The position numbers were made by a program, and so were the translations under genes. This document shows positions 35,101-42,000 of a DNA stretch of 64,000 bases, in pieces (the stretch's first letter is position 1; the number at the start of each line of letters is the position of its first letter). The stretch comes from a virus. The notes under the pieces are model-generated. The model was not told where the DNA came from. It saw nothing but the letters and a program-made list of their open reading frames with translations, and did no database searches. The DNA lies in the IMG/VR virus record IMGVR_UViG_3300045974_000156, positions 1-64,000 of that record; one strand, given 5' to 3'.

Positions 35101-35954
35101 AACGCGCCCGCATGGTCGCAGGATATATCGACAGCCCAGTAGCTTACGAAGAGTCGGGTATATTCGGAATGGCACCTGGTACACAGGTCGAGTACATAAC
35201 CCCGGATGACTCTCAGGGCTCAACAGTCTCTACGGTGAACCACTCTGTTGAAGTCCTCGACCCAAGCGAAGGTCAGCACAGCGGCGTATCTCACAATGTA
35301 TTTGGGTCTGAATACTTTGACGGGTCTGACGAGAGCGAAGGCAAGCTTGGAGTAGCCCACATAGCTGTAAATATGCAATCATCTTCGATATTCAGCGAGG
35401 ACCTATCTGTCGTAGCTAGCATCTCTGGAAACGATATCTCTACTGGTAACGTAAACACACTTATGGGTACAGGTATTTTATTAAATATCGACATGAGTTC
35501 AGTGTCTTCCATGACCAACAAGATAATAAGTCGTCAACGTCACGAGGATGATATAAGCTACATCTCCGATGCAACGCAAGATAACAATAACTACACTTAT
35601 TTCTATATATTCTGTGGCTTCGATGGAATCTCAACCCTACCGTCCAACAAGAGACTAATGTATAAGAAATACGATAGCTTAGGTCTAAGATTTATGATAG
35701 ATATAGATCAATATCTTGATATGGCTGGACTAGGTTCTGTAGTTGACGCTATCCTGACCACACCTTCAGGTCTAGTAAATATCACAGACTTGAATGTAAA
35801 TGTCATCGACGCTGAACACCACTCCATGATGATTTCGATGCCTGCATACATACTTACAAATCTACAGAAGGGTGCCTATACACTAGACTTAGGCATAACA
35901 GACCCAACCGGAACTCGCAGGTCGCTATATAGAGGACCTGTTATAATTATCTAA
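17103..35954 (+). CDS. giant 6283-aa virion-associated repeat protein
   Basis: Uninterrupted ORF with GAGGT RBS. Contains eight beta-rich GD-x-L...WT...[YF]WK...AYR domains, two PDG/ADG...GWYYCY carbohydrate-binding-like domains, a ~3100-aa acidic 20-aa-repeat core and a C-terminal Ig/adaptor-like domain (GAYTLDLGITD...LYRGPVIII). Confidence 0.85.
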   Translation: MAIQFIGATTATITLTTSVQYPFIYATPDWQPGDLTLLQIVGWSKNYIDQSAIAAYWPQWTLLTSDADQTIYYTTQTNQICAQTYISGSGANVVINMATYRGVSSATFIGSYAPSGLGTVAAPVNVSWNSGASTTGPYNVVVCLGEADMLNSSGNASIASFRATGAITTTRITSTNLVTGTGGYKFATSGGIWDVVKPTASVIGNQTISFTTSGVGPYYNVEAGIAEVELTRDYAPQSIEDDSDAIASDSCDANVSSCNEESEVTSTADDYRAGFYVNVVENEAPIPSDPSDARFSINLGESESQSVDDTHCWDILHSGHWVRNTSYADIGLMTTVTVTITVPTLVGYGTAVFKNDAGTLTLGMPAGIQSGDILIVAMNVNGGASSTTPAAPSGWTQKGWVVNNQLSMYWKRTDGTDTNVTFSTAINSRCLGFVVAYRNCIASGDPFDVVGTCANVSGSSNATAPSITTTTANNKTIALGMGVSFSGSSAALSATSGPALNLVSQQINYWAGAAYLYGVGVWDVTSATPGATGAEVINWSGGATNVFTGAQLFSLLGSTFTSAAIAPSNFVASDSFGSINKAVSIETESIQPLDNVDKAATLAGRLPTADYATPSDANLYTMRLNAGGARASETQVLVDSLDARVKSRNIENDVSSIGTISYVGSGATALSHRSAVEVYAPIGILPGDVLFLVIDTLYDQNQTGVYPSIEGTWSTLAGFGNCAAIFWKYAEGTETSFTLDGTNGSYASAFTFAYRNCSPVNAVGSYNYSQVGGSTTSLTTMTPQIPGSTLVMIGGGLVQDPSLIWNNPVVGPIPTTLRNSTYSSFIGSYQTSMALWDTVQTVPGATGSPTISYSDATSVTLFGQFIALSPVYSYVEEDDTAGLMISAKEVESTYLTPVVLPAPRPSFVAAGAVVNTYAATTLSVPLPAGIQTGDLLIIQANNIGAGQTTPVPVAPGWTLLNSYAACLDAFWYKIAVLPEQPVTLQTTTPNCSFSAVMVAYRGVDQNNPIDVYHDYEAECGANSQVSSTVTPNYANDTLLYFAYYWTSGTVSAFVSLTGATPTQRAIANIHDTWGYTGTAIYEGAGPTKPGIASGTTTVNINGTAANNCIAGMMVALKGATVADILVGNVSFGTKDDGTMYATPIDGNQSKNHVSVSESEDNDTYDSFDVGVRVKAQEIETENINLTTIPTLVGWGVTAYSEGPTITVQVPTDLQVGDLLLLPWFNFGPQLVPPTGWTAAGANLYWDLYDGTQTSVTLTGGSPGASGASAANIIAYRGADQNNPIDVQATSFGTNVLSLIIPSVTTRNANERILDVGLFFNIYTDPVWNGGPITYSSSIYPLTGTFANWSEGFAFCDSTKPVAGATGTTTLTTATNSANFYGWKYAINPATGDDYSVGFWSARTELDTYTYALDSDVQRGGINLGRMGILEAYTPVDNCDSKLKSANRENDITTPNSITYIGNSPPTIWQSNVATIQVPDNVQAGDVLIFVASCIVVNGYPPTISGAWNTIYGGPYIGAYWKYHDGIDTSFTVNGVGYYGTGVIEAYRGCDPINPIGATLSAGNAALSTYTIGSITPYDGQSTVIAVGVSVSQSQAMSWLPPTGLATNLRDQTLANVYAQYWDSISIWDAPQYIQGATGTETLSWTAGTYDNLAGLLFSLSPVSSYPDEDEDMGLFLGKKALETYTFAAQDLPLKNISFGTVYGDGVLNATPIDGQTLKLKSGDEFVDSVSPQDGNEAKYKSTNAELEYVSPQESATYEYYGVSGHDLVARDIIESEAILQDSNNAKFKITAAEIEYPTPQEDCDFSYSSANKEAESTQLSISPLPYFVGAGPLVFTYTALGGVTPSIPSGTLAGDLMLLVTFTSNYNGAGLTKPSADWTLVDPSGYREWTLYYKFATGSDTSPTVYGVSNNNGAAYIATYRNVDNTTPFDSYASAGGAFNASTTYTSDPYTLPVSLLSNYFFSISISGSATTQRFAQGDPNSFTQYVLDGPFAYSTKTNTETVTVGGNGAINIFSFSLNAKNPFTVDSNTLGLITQKEESEAAIPQEVQTGRYGTNNSQSETYVVAQDIYATGNRPPGTFADSTQPLDSFDVGIAFAGKESDSGQPADTYAKSNNPNRDLQDYVTPQDSNNLKFRAGISYDDGPIPQEDLDLGLKVNGKELEPVAPLFYFQGITPTEFPPEINNFYTYTSTLSGPYGSPLAPDGTATAYSVGTPLGTGPNAFYLLGPSPTYVTGNQYEIGFWAKYGGGTQPVVYTCTDKVNVFFDVSTGLVNNTYQPLVPGVDYDTISMTQLGSTGWYYCYCKFTARQTYTNATFGQLIWGLTNNTGYSTSGDLIYIWKGTVALPGSSINTPQDDVDYLLVSPREEQDTLVVSGDNQTLKLNSGSPELEVLFPQEDVDAAFSIQAQEADAGDPEDAYSYDFLDSSGRGNSYSKDQSESVMASDSSKSSFRINLSEAEAVAAQDQEIIGSVKLTRQEVDLSSGMINLTATQALPSQIGSWVTSTATLSGPLGSPGAADGSPDAYSISTPIAAGPNTYYLTGTTQTYVVGNTYSFGFWALKGPGSSNYVWYSTDSAKLYFDLYNGVFYPNGAVQNTDYSTVSIIEYGDTGWYYCYGTFKARVTSKQEQWGIYNGTAYSQAGDTIYVWNDTDRSLAQTGSGLFGRIYGNSTPLDAQVSMFGINAEESETLTPSDSIPATTISYTVAYQDSVTAQDSSNSRLKSANQELDYLEAGQDNDDQDARFKVRAAESESESLGKTPPTFVNTGAFTATPSTLIQVPIPAETQAGDALIFYFYGGYYPPTLSGWNQFCVNTINNGNNSAIYWKIALGSGLDIYPIIGDGVNFATAMIVAYRNCNPVNPIDSYGIGGNTSTTSASIAGVRTLSSNTLPIVIATNNTSGTPAGFNTPTGACTTQRAFGSGLAGNTIGQVLWEGSVQPSAGFTNAGETITATALSYSVSGILINLASSGGIDSEDSELVTIGQKIETQIVSDESQKSNFSITQSIKEIILGASDTGSWDYLSGSHTGNVYNRNQSDSIQLIDVNGQSQFVLTEISESIIPQDLAAGSPSFIMDEVESVAGFDDIYTGQSITATQVETEIPLDFDQGGRAYLASEQDLDVVAIELESDAEQVGTAEIETQVITPDEESDSYQISTNLSEQVEALDSQYVSIISGADYSQEDSLYPDDSQDVGQTYNGEQLDGDLQASDEEDLLSSNGVDQLEGDTTPVDDQIAGVLNASDLSQEDDLYADESQDGGVLNGSDQSIEDNITLSDEQDLGLGLGSQIDEEVYPDELHDSNIDINCETLEGDLYADDSQYAGIAQGSDNSQENSLYTDDQQDLGLNVGSETQESSISTDDQQELGLDLGSEIQEWDLYTVESQDNGTLIGYGISQEEIAQSEDSQDSGVTPGSDNSQEDTLYADDQQELGLDLGSDTQEEAPYASDAQELTIISSSEYQDYDIYAGESQEAGLAQGSDNSQEEVLYTDDQHDLGLGLGSDIQEVDVYTSEQQDLILYIATEESESDQILESQDSNYTITADESNSVEGVDLEIESEDCTTNISEKLTTYAQEEVSASISSEESDDLEPVDGQDFTLTVIGELFESGQGSDLEEINQILAGELDESATGETQEGVALALTRAELEYETISDEQEDAYFDITAESSDYAQGSDLEDSILSATVEISEQAEASSEETTNKTLWASESDDWQPSDEITVGNTIGLDDSAYTSADESEDSIYSIPASLYETAEGSDEGTGSVVATSDINESTLGYGEEDTALNLGSDNSQEESPYLDDSQESGLIQGSDNAQNDDLQSSELQDSIQVSSLDTQDQVPYADDVQDFATIIGLDSSQELYADESQIGAIPHAVELPESTEAQDSQDLLVYASDDESESTEAQESQDVSYVITAEQSEFIVGVDEEVDSEYCTTNILEYVITKDELESGSFINSVLSDSLEASDEVGASVAFAEDLYDSEEAQDSETLELNLGSSELDLNEVSPEDYEVEGLDLSVSILDYQETNDSYASLPSLELTESESAEPSDLGEASVQTTSAQADDTQGDDFEQAVGEFAGELSESVEGVDQQDAYESLSGELSESGQGSDPQDASYLSANELNEQAQVEDSCSASVLATAELSEQEEGSSQETTGLTISEVAEEAIQPLDEQELQLVLTSSEAELWQGEYSEDSSYDITAEESNHLISAELETESEDVNSNINESSKPEDEQDASHSIALGLEEQAQGLDFSDSATEITLDVVEYATSSDDQDLLLEIRSDLEEYVSGQDIQDLGNVLLADESESVQPEDNQEQLYSLSLDQSESVSGQDNQDPSITIAQDISESVSGQDSQETVASLSLDTSDSAMGVDEQNSSETVHGALEGSQETSAEQDQTLALGSEQSESPVPSDDQEYLLLQIFYDEASETISGSDEQNCALIAHVEVSESQESDDQQDLGLQLSSDMQEATEPEDYESACNLIVSIEYEDIGVVADEEIESETCTTNMSERLHSSESEDSQYSITAEEFEELTWLDPQDSANTLDQSIEEYFTGSDDQNLEITLQSSLADYVEPSDETDCTLHVASEIAEVQVADDSQDYILSSLIEEEEFVSGYENQDSNIGVSTYSSESQGTYDNEDSSGIVPVELYEEEVTLDDQSVTNSVTADYIDSQISEDSLDSIESLSASTSDHATCHDDQVSAIVTPSEELESQEFNESSDIAMLLGLDLEESEEATEYSIETTSLMSEEYEVIVNPADDEVNAEDCTTNINEFSNPAEGQDSRFQVLNSQEESQLADDNQEIGLGVGTETLESSDQASDESVIVIGSGATDVGTPHAAPYESEATQIAIGSEDYNDSATALDYQTDGIHYGANSGSDQIENPITQDIYDTAIKLGSASVLEQYTVVSDNFDRGLNISAFMADYQGSASSGDGFGTGFQTDAFQVGIVSVAGSQVQPADAEISTIDLGAQPVNGHYIYSRNLSEYTAPSETEQLKLLISGLYSDSISDLADLVSNTYVLSTNSLETAQPKDDGDHKLNIVAEESDSVQPSDDQDIGILSGSDYSQMEFVQAPDESLELGLNLSAYNLDSTQPQDDEDMSLAVGSDQTEGDLQSSDSQESIFQVYVLSESVQAAEDISDLSLNVFSEEEDSDAQGSDQDNANVILTSDIDENVQGSESEDAQAAYTADTSEYGQALESEEVNNILSSDLSEEASGYDNQDLVIYLLVTQSDDILGYESADAQVAVSLDISESVSGYENETQAIEGGAQSEYAQGSDEQDCILLMVSVDESESAEPSDALDITLLVGTEELEQALAADQEVDSINIESAESYDIWEASDLEQASAIYSDSVSEYELGYDEDDSGLVLGTELSESSIGSDLSDVTSIITSETSEYVSPDDQGDSSLDSNNDQIDSLQVSDLESAAGLLQPADSEEDITSDDNYDTVENLAASEIESLESTDEQDNIGNLVAESLEYLAGSDDQDADFNITASLDESVNPSDESDCALILELDITEDADPMDLESESEDLTTNLKDFSTPSDENDSSLDSSNEEVDELLGSDLEAAGLMQPALDEEDYNTTYDNSDLGLNPGVSEIDSLEGSEAQDSSGIFVTQAVDYSEGSDEQNSNFSIQVSVDESSSPSDESDCALGLVLEQYENISAAEDESDKTESFSAVISDSSASSEEQDCLYSISAQTSDAPEGVDYEYSGISRTHDEAEYTEAVDEQNCTIRTPVYYVDSGSSADDSDLGLNVSCSDSESPRALDVNELGLNLSVEEQEQAQGSDTEIGAIPIAENISEFSEPSDISDAAPSITSVESDDQVADDSYLSAYSGVLTHSESLDAADDQTLSLDSFSEESETCIGSDDCTMSLDLGTGYQASQISVDSEETTMVFRNGYKTGSITLSLFDAGSMFDRDISDQVFSYDDCDSIQPLGATELESLTPSDSQNQSSQNGNNSTESVNASDGSIAGVVINPRISESCISTDGNDVIERIASRLSESAVASDRYVVGIAFGRTSSERSVPTDLMTQRARMVAGYIDSPVAYEESGIFGMAPGTQVEYITPDDSQGSTVSTVNHSVEVLDPSEGQHSGVSHNVFGSEYFDGSDESEGKLGVAHIAVNMQSSSIFSEDLSVVASISGNDISTGNVNTLMGTGILLNIDMSSVSSMTNKIISRQRHEDDISYISDATQDNNNYTYFYIFCGFDGISTLPSNKRLMYKKYDSLGLRFMIDIDQYLDMAGLGSVVDAILTTPSGLVNITDLNVNVIDAEHHSMMISMPAYILTNLQKGAYTLDLGITDPTGTRRSLYRGPVIII
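26000..35350 (+). repeat. degenerate acidic ~20-aa (60-nt) protein repeat array, E-x5-D-x13
   Basis: Consecutive units such as ESVEGVDQQDAYESLSGELS / ESGQGSDPQDASYLSANELN / EQAQVEDSCSASVLATAELS / EQEEGSSQETTGLTISEVAE. Boundaries approximate. Confidence 0.85.
35939..35947 (+). promoter_or_regulatory. perfect extended -10 element in the last codons of the giant gene
   Basis: TG-T-TATAAT. Confidence 0.5.
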
Positions 35955-35986
35955 GGTATACTAGACCAGATTTTATAGGAACTAAC

Positions 35987-36076
35987 GTGAAAAAGACTTT
36001 TACAATTATCCCTAATATGACTGACGGGTGGGACTATATCCTACAGATAACTAACGTCAATAAGGTTCGGAGATAA
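35987..36076 (+). CDS. 29-aa ORF resembling the C-terminal strands of an FN3 domain (not in the ORF track)
   Basis: AGGA RBS 6 nt before GTG; MKKTFTIIPNMTDGWDYILQITNVNKVRR; stop lies 1 nt before the next ATG. Confidence 0.45.
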   Translation: MKKTFTIIPNMTDGWDYILQITNVNKVRR

Positions 36077-36077
36077 T

Positions 36078-39000
36078 ATGACAGTCGTTACTAGCGCGAG
36101 CGCCTCTGTGTCAGGTACCAACATAACAGTTAGCTGGTCGTGCCCATATTATCCTTATAGTTGGACGATCAGTGGAAGTATTTACAATTCAGTTCCTGGA
36201 GGCAGTAGAAGTTATACATTTACAGGGGTAGGGGCTGGCACTTATTCATTTCAGGTAGGTCCAACGCCTGGTGGTGGTATAGCTGATACATCTACAAGGG
36301 CAACCAACTCAGTAACAGTATTTACACCGCCTAGCGCGCCAAGAACCATAGTAGCCTCACTGGGTACTATAGATGCAAATGGCAATTACCCCATAAACCT
36401 GTCTTGGCTAGCACCCTCCAGTACAGGAGGATCGGCTATCACCGGATATACAGTCACACCCTCTCCTGCTGCACCTGGTTCTACTATATCAATAACAGGT
36501 ACTACAGCGGTAGTCAGTAAATTAGCTAGAGGGCAAACATACATATTTACGGTACGGGCTGGTAATGCATATGGTACAGGACTTGGGGCGAATTCAAACT
36601 CTATCCAGGATGGTATTCAGACAGTACCGGGAGCCTCAACTGGTGTAGTAGCCTCAACATCCGGAATAGGTGCAGGGGTAACGATAAATCTAAGCTGGAC
36701 TGCCCCTGTGGATACCGGAGGTGTGGCGATCACTGGCTACAACGTAGCACCTTCACCAGCCATACCGGGCAGTACTACCGTGGTGAACCTGGCTGCCAAG
36801 ACTGCTGTTATTTCAAATATTCCATACTCTGCACCTCCCACTCTGTATACAAATACGTTCACTGTAAGTGCTAGCAATATAGTAGGCACAGGTCCGGATA
36901 GCGACCCTTCCAACAGCATATATCTGTTATACGGTACTCTACACAACAATGGGTATCTGGATTACCAAACAACATCACAAGATCCGTTCGATTCTGGTAA
37001 TAATCTAAGACCCAAATTAGAGGTAGACACCCTAACACTAACAGGACCGACAGTAGATAAATATGCCAAGAGTAATAATCCATTTGGCGAAAGAGAAGAA
37101 TACGTAACACCATATGATAATTACAAAGGTGGTTTCAAGCTTGGAAATAACACCTACATAGACGACCAATTAGCAGTACCTGAAGATGCCTGTGATGGAA
37201 TAAAGTCACTAAAGGTAAAACAAGAAGAGTACTCGACACCAAAAGATAACCTATTCGATGCAGCTAAGATCGTCAATAAAGAGATACAGGAAAGTCCCAC
37301 AACATTTGATAAGGTCAACGCCGGTCTTCATGTGTTTTCAGAACAGGAGGACGACCTACTCTCACCTTTAGAATATAACGATCTCAAGTTAAAAATCAGT
37401 GTTTCATTCTTAGAGCAAATGCCAGAACCCCAGGATGGGATAGAGTGGGAGTATATCTCCGGGCTTCACTACGGTATTTATCGTCGCAACCAAGAAGAAT
37501 ACCCACACCCAGACGATGCATGTGATTGTAGGTATAGTATCGGGGCTAAGGCTAAGGGGGCTGAAGCCCCAACCCTTAGCGATGGTTGCCTTACAGCTCT
37601 ACCTTACAACGATAAGATAAAAGAATACGTATCAGGCCCTGCGGATGGTTATATAGGTGGGCATCATGTGATGGCTGAGTATATAGACTCTGAGACACAA
37701 CCTATATTGCAAGATGGTAATGATGCTGGTTTTGGGTATTTTGCAGAACAACATGATGATAACGATACAATATTTACAGACTCTGAAACGTCCTTTAGAT
37801 ACTATGGCACTACAGGATTTGAAAAAAATCTAGAAGGACCCCTGGACAAATGGGCTAATAATATAAGTTATGTAATAGGCTTCAAGGATGACGGACCTAT
37901 ATGCTATGAGGACCAAAAAGCAGGCATTATTTGGGGTGTAAATCAAGAAGATTATGCCACTGCATCGGCTGAAGGGACCAGTGAGAAGATCGGTTCTCTC
38001 GTGTATGGCGAGGAGCTTGATTATAATTCTGCCTGGCAGGACACCAAAGATCCTATTCAGTTCTGGGTACCTGCCTCACAACCATGGCTTGCTAGCTCAG
38101 GTATAAGTTCTGTAAATAGAACGACAGTAACACTTCCACCAGAAATGTTAAAGGGTGATGTACTGATCCTTGTATTTATTCATTATAACAGCAGCATAGA
38201 TGCTGCCGGGTATACAAAACTGGGTACTAGACAACTATTAGATTGGGGCGACGGTGCCTTCAGTTATGCAGATATTTATTGGAAACGTGCAACTGGGCTA
38301 GAGTCACCACTCCCCATAGAAGTTAACGATGTAGGCACATTTGCCCAGATATATGCTTTCCGAGATTGTAATCCTGAAAACCCGCCAATCGAGCAGTTCC
38401 AGATGGGCGATGGCAGTACACTATCATTTACGTCCAGTATAGATAGCACAGAACCAATATACATCGGTATTACTTCTACCTTGGGAGATTATGGTCCACT
38501 CATTTCCGTAGCCGATCCTTTGTACTTCCCAGTCTCAGGTGTCAATCTTTTTAATCTCGGAGTCGGCGTAAACGTAGAAATATGGGAGGGTTACCAACCA
38601 CAGGCTGGTTCCATCTTGTCAGGTACCTCTTCTCCGACTGGTGGTGGTTGTGTAAATGCGTTATTTAATTTCATTGCCATACCTGGGTACTGGACCAATG
38701 TTTCGACCGCAGCAATTATCACTACTGGTGAGATAAATGAAGAAAAAAATGTCATAGCTTTTGATGACTATACCTTCGATTATAAGAGCGGTCATGGTGG
38801 CTATGTATATAATAGAGCCCTAGAAGAGACAATAACCCTACAGGATCAGCCGTTATTCCATGACGAAATGTTCTTGATAGATCCCTATAAATATGCGGAA
38901 GAGTCTGATATGTGTGATGTGACCCCATCAGACGACTCTAGGGCTGGTAAGTATGTACTGGTTGAGTCAGATCAGGGTGATGTCATAGACCTGGATTACA

Positions 39001-42000
39001 AATTCACTACCGTACAGTTCCTACTATTAGGTCAAAAAGAAGATAAGATATCCGCCCCGAAGGATAAATGCGACTGTCATATTTCAGTTAATAGTGATAA
39101 ATCAGAGTCCATAACAACCAACGTGGCTCCATTCTTCGTCGGAAATGGACCCCCAGCAGTCATATCAAAGCCTGCATTAAATAACGGAAGAACACCCAAT
39201 CTAAGCATTACACCATGGGCAGCAATACTACCGAGAGATTTTCTATTAGCCACAGTTCATGCCTCAGACGTTCCTCCTGCATCAGCATATGCCGCTAATG
39301 CCGCAGTAGCCGTAGCAGCAGCTACCGCAGCAAATGATGTTGCTGTCGCCGCAGCCGCAGCCGCAGCCGCAGCCCCTAGTGACGTAAACCTTGCAGCAAT
39401 TGCTGTATCCACCGCTGCTGCCGCATCCAAGGCTGCAACGACTTCTGCCATAGCATCATCTGTAGCCACAGATGCAGCCGATCCTGCTGGTGCTGCAATG
39501 CGGGCTGCCACCAACGCTGCCGCAACTGCCGCAACTGCCGCCAGAACAGCAGCTAATGCAGCTACTGCTGCCGCTAATGCCGCCGCCGCCATCGTGGCTG
39601 CCGCCGCCGCCTTAGAGGCTGTAGATCCTGGCGCTGCCTTACGAGCCGCAGAGGCTACTGCCGCCGCAGCCTCCGCATATGTACTTGACACCATAGCTGC
39701 TGCAATTTCAGCCACCAGTGACGCAGCCATTGCAATCTCTAACGCCCGTAATGCCGCTGCAACTGCCGCTAATGCCGCCGCCGCCGCAGCCAACATAGCC
39801 ACGATTGCTGCCACCTCGGCATCAAACGCATCAAACTCTTTAATCAATGCCGCCGCTGCAATGGTAGCTGCTGCCTTGGGTAATGCAAATCTCATTGCCG
39901 CAAACTCTGCTGCCCGAACTGCTGCAACCTCAACCTCAACCGCCGCAGTGGCTGCCAATACCAGAAGTCTCGCAGCAGCAAATGCATTAACTGCCGCCGG
40001 GGCTGCTGAAGCCGCAGCTTCGATAGCCACCATAGCCATAAACGACGCTGCGGCTTCTCCTTATGATCAGGATCTAGCTAACGCTGCCGCATCCGCTGCT
40101 AGTGCTGCTGCTAGTGCCACCGTCGTCGCCGCAACTGCCGCAGCACAAAATCATGCAGCCTTTGTAACTGCCATTATCCCTGCATCGAGCCGCGCAGACG
40201 CAGCCACTACAATTGCCAATAATGCCTCTAGTGCTTCAGATGCTGTTGCTTCCATAGCAGTAGCTTCTCCATTAAATATTCACATAGTCGCAGCCTCTAA
40301 TGCAGTAAACGCCGCAGCGATTGCTGCATCCACTTACGCTTCTGACGCCGCAGATGATGCTGTTGCGATTACCAATGCTTCTCTGGCTGCCGATGCTGCC
40401 GAAATAGCAACTTCCGATGCTGCTAGCGTGACTACGCCAATCGCAACCGCTGGGTTTATTAATAGCCAAGCAGTCCTGAATGCTATATCTACAGCCGCAG
40501 CCGCAGATCCTGCTGCTGTTATCGCTCATGCCTCCAGAGCCTCCACAGCCGCCGACATAGCTCTCGCCGCTGCCGCTGCCGCAACAACTGCTGCTGATGC
40601 CGCTGATGCTGCTGCAATTGCAACTGCCGCAGCCACGACACCAACTGCCGCTGCAACTGCCGCCGACGCTACAGCTACAGCCACCGCAACTGCCGCCGAC
40701 GCTACAGCTACAGCCTCGGGTAATGCAGGACTTGTGGTTTTCACAACGGAAGACTCAAACCTCGTTACAACCGCAAAAACTTCTGCTGGGTATGCAGACT
40801 CTGCCGCAACTGCTGCATTCCGAGCAGCAGATAGGGCTACTGCCACAGCCTTAGATCCTTCCGTTATTGCCGCAGCCAGAGCAACAACAGCCATTGCCGC
40901 AGCCGCAGCCGCTCCAGATGACCAGAATCTAGCTCATGCCGCAACTGTTGCTATTGCTAATGCAGCCGCAAACCCACCCAAGGGTATAGTATTCCATAGT
41001 GATTGGACCGTCTTACCAGTCTGCGGTCCAATGCACGCCTTCTGGAAGATAACGACAGGCGCAGAGCCACCTGTCATAATACCTTCAGTCCAGAACCATG
41101 TAGTTATGGGATCCATTACTGCTTATAGAGGTGTCGATGTAGCTTATGCTGATCCTATTACTGATATAGGACCAAGCATGTCTGATACGAAGAAGGGTCC
41201 CACTTCTGGTTATGGTGGTCAAACTTACGACGGATCTACACCTTATGTCCCGGGTGAACAGCAATACCCTATATACATATATTATCCAAAGCTTGTACCC
41301 CTCCAAACACTGAGTTATCAATTACCATCACCCTCACCAAAGGGACCTCATGAGAGGATGATTGCAATCACAGGGTACAATCTAAACGGCGGCGGTTCCG
41401 GCTTTTATCCATCTACTACTAAAGATCCAGATCCTAAGACACACATCTTGCCTGGGCTCATGCCTTATACAAGAAATGTACTGAGCGGGAATGGACCTAC
41501 GATACCCTATACATACAATGATGTCCTTCAAGTAATTAATGGATCCGGGTCAACGATCTCTAAAACAAATCAAGTTGGAACCGGATGGGGAACTTATATA
41601 TTCGACGGTGACACTATTAATGAAGGTCCATCCGAAGCACCTCTCCCAGTTTTACAGGTGTACGCACCGACTAGGACCACATTCTATGGATTTGTGATAT
41701 CTCTACGGGGTTCGTTTATCTCAAATACAGAGAATGCTGGCGTTAATATGAATCGGGTGTCAGATGACCCTAATTATGTAACATCTCTGGATAATTACGA
41801 AGTAGAAGTTAGACCTACTAGGGCTGCACAAAAAGGACCTATAGATCCACCAGATGTTGAAAGTGAACGTCTTTGGATGCCAGGTGGTCCGTGTAAAGAG
41901 AGAGATGTCAAAGGTCCTATAGATTATTGTGATTATGAATACGTACCTGCAAACATGTTAGTATCCTATGATGATCGCCTATTAACAGCTAAACCTTCGG

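Noticed and set aside
17103-35954. Conventional tail tape-measure protein
   Set aside because: Acidic, beta/extended and lectin-domain-rich rather than Ala/Leu/Gly helical, and no tube, sheath or chaperone genes are adjacent.
39257-40894. Long Ala-rich minus-strand ORFs (260 aa, 122 aa)
   Set aside because: Antisense shadows of GCN-codon runs in the 2137-aa gene; no RBS or independent features.
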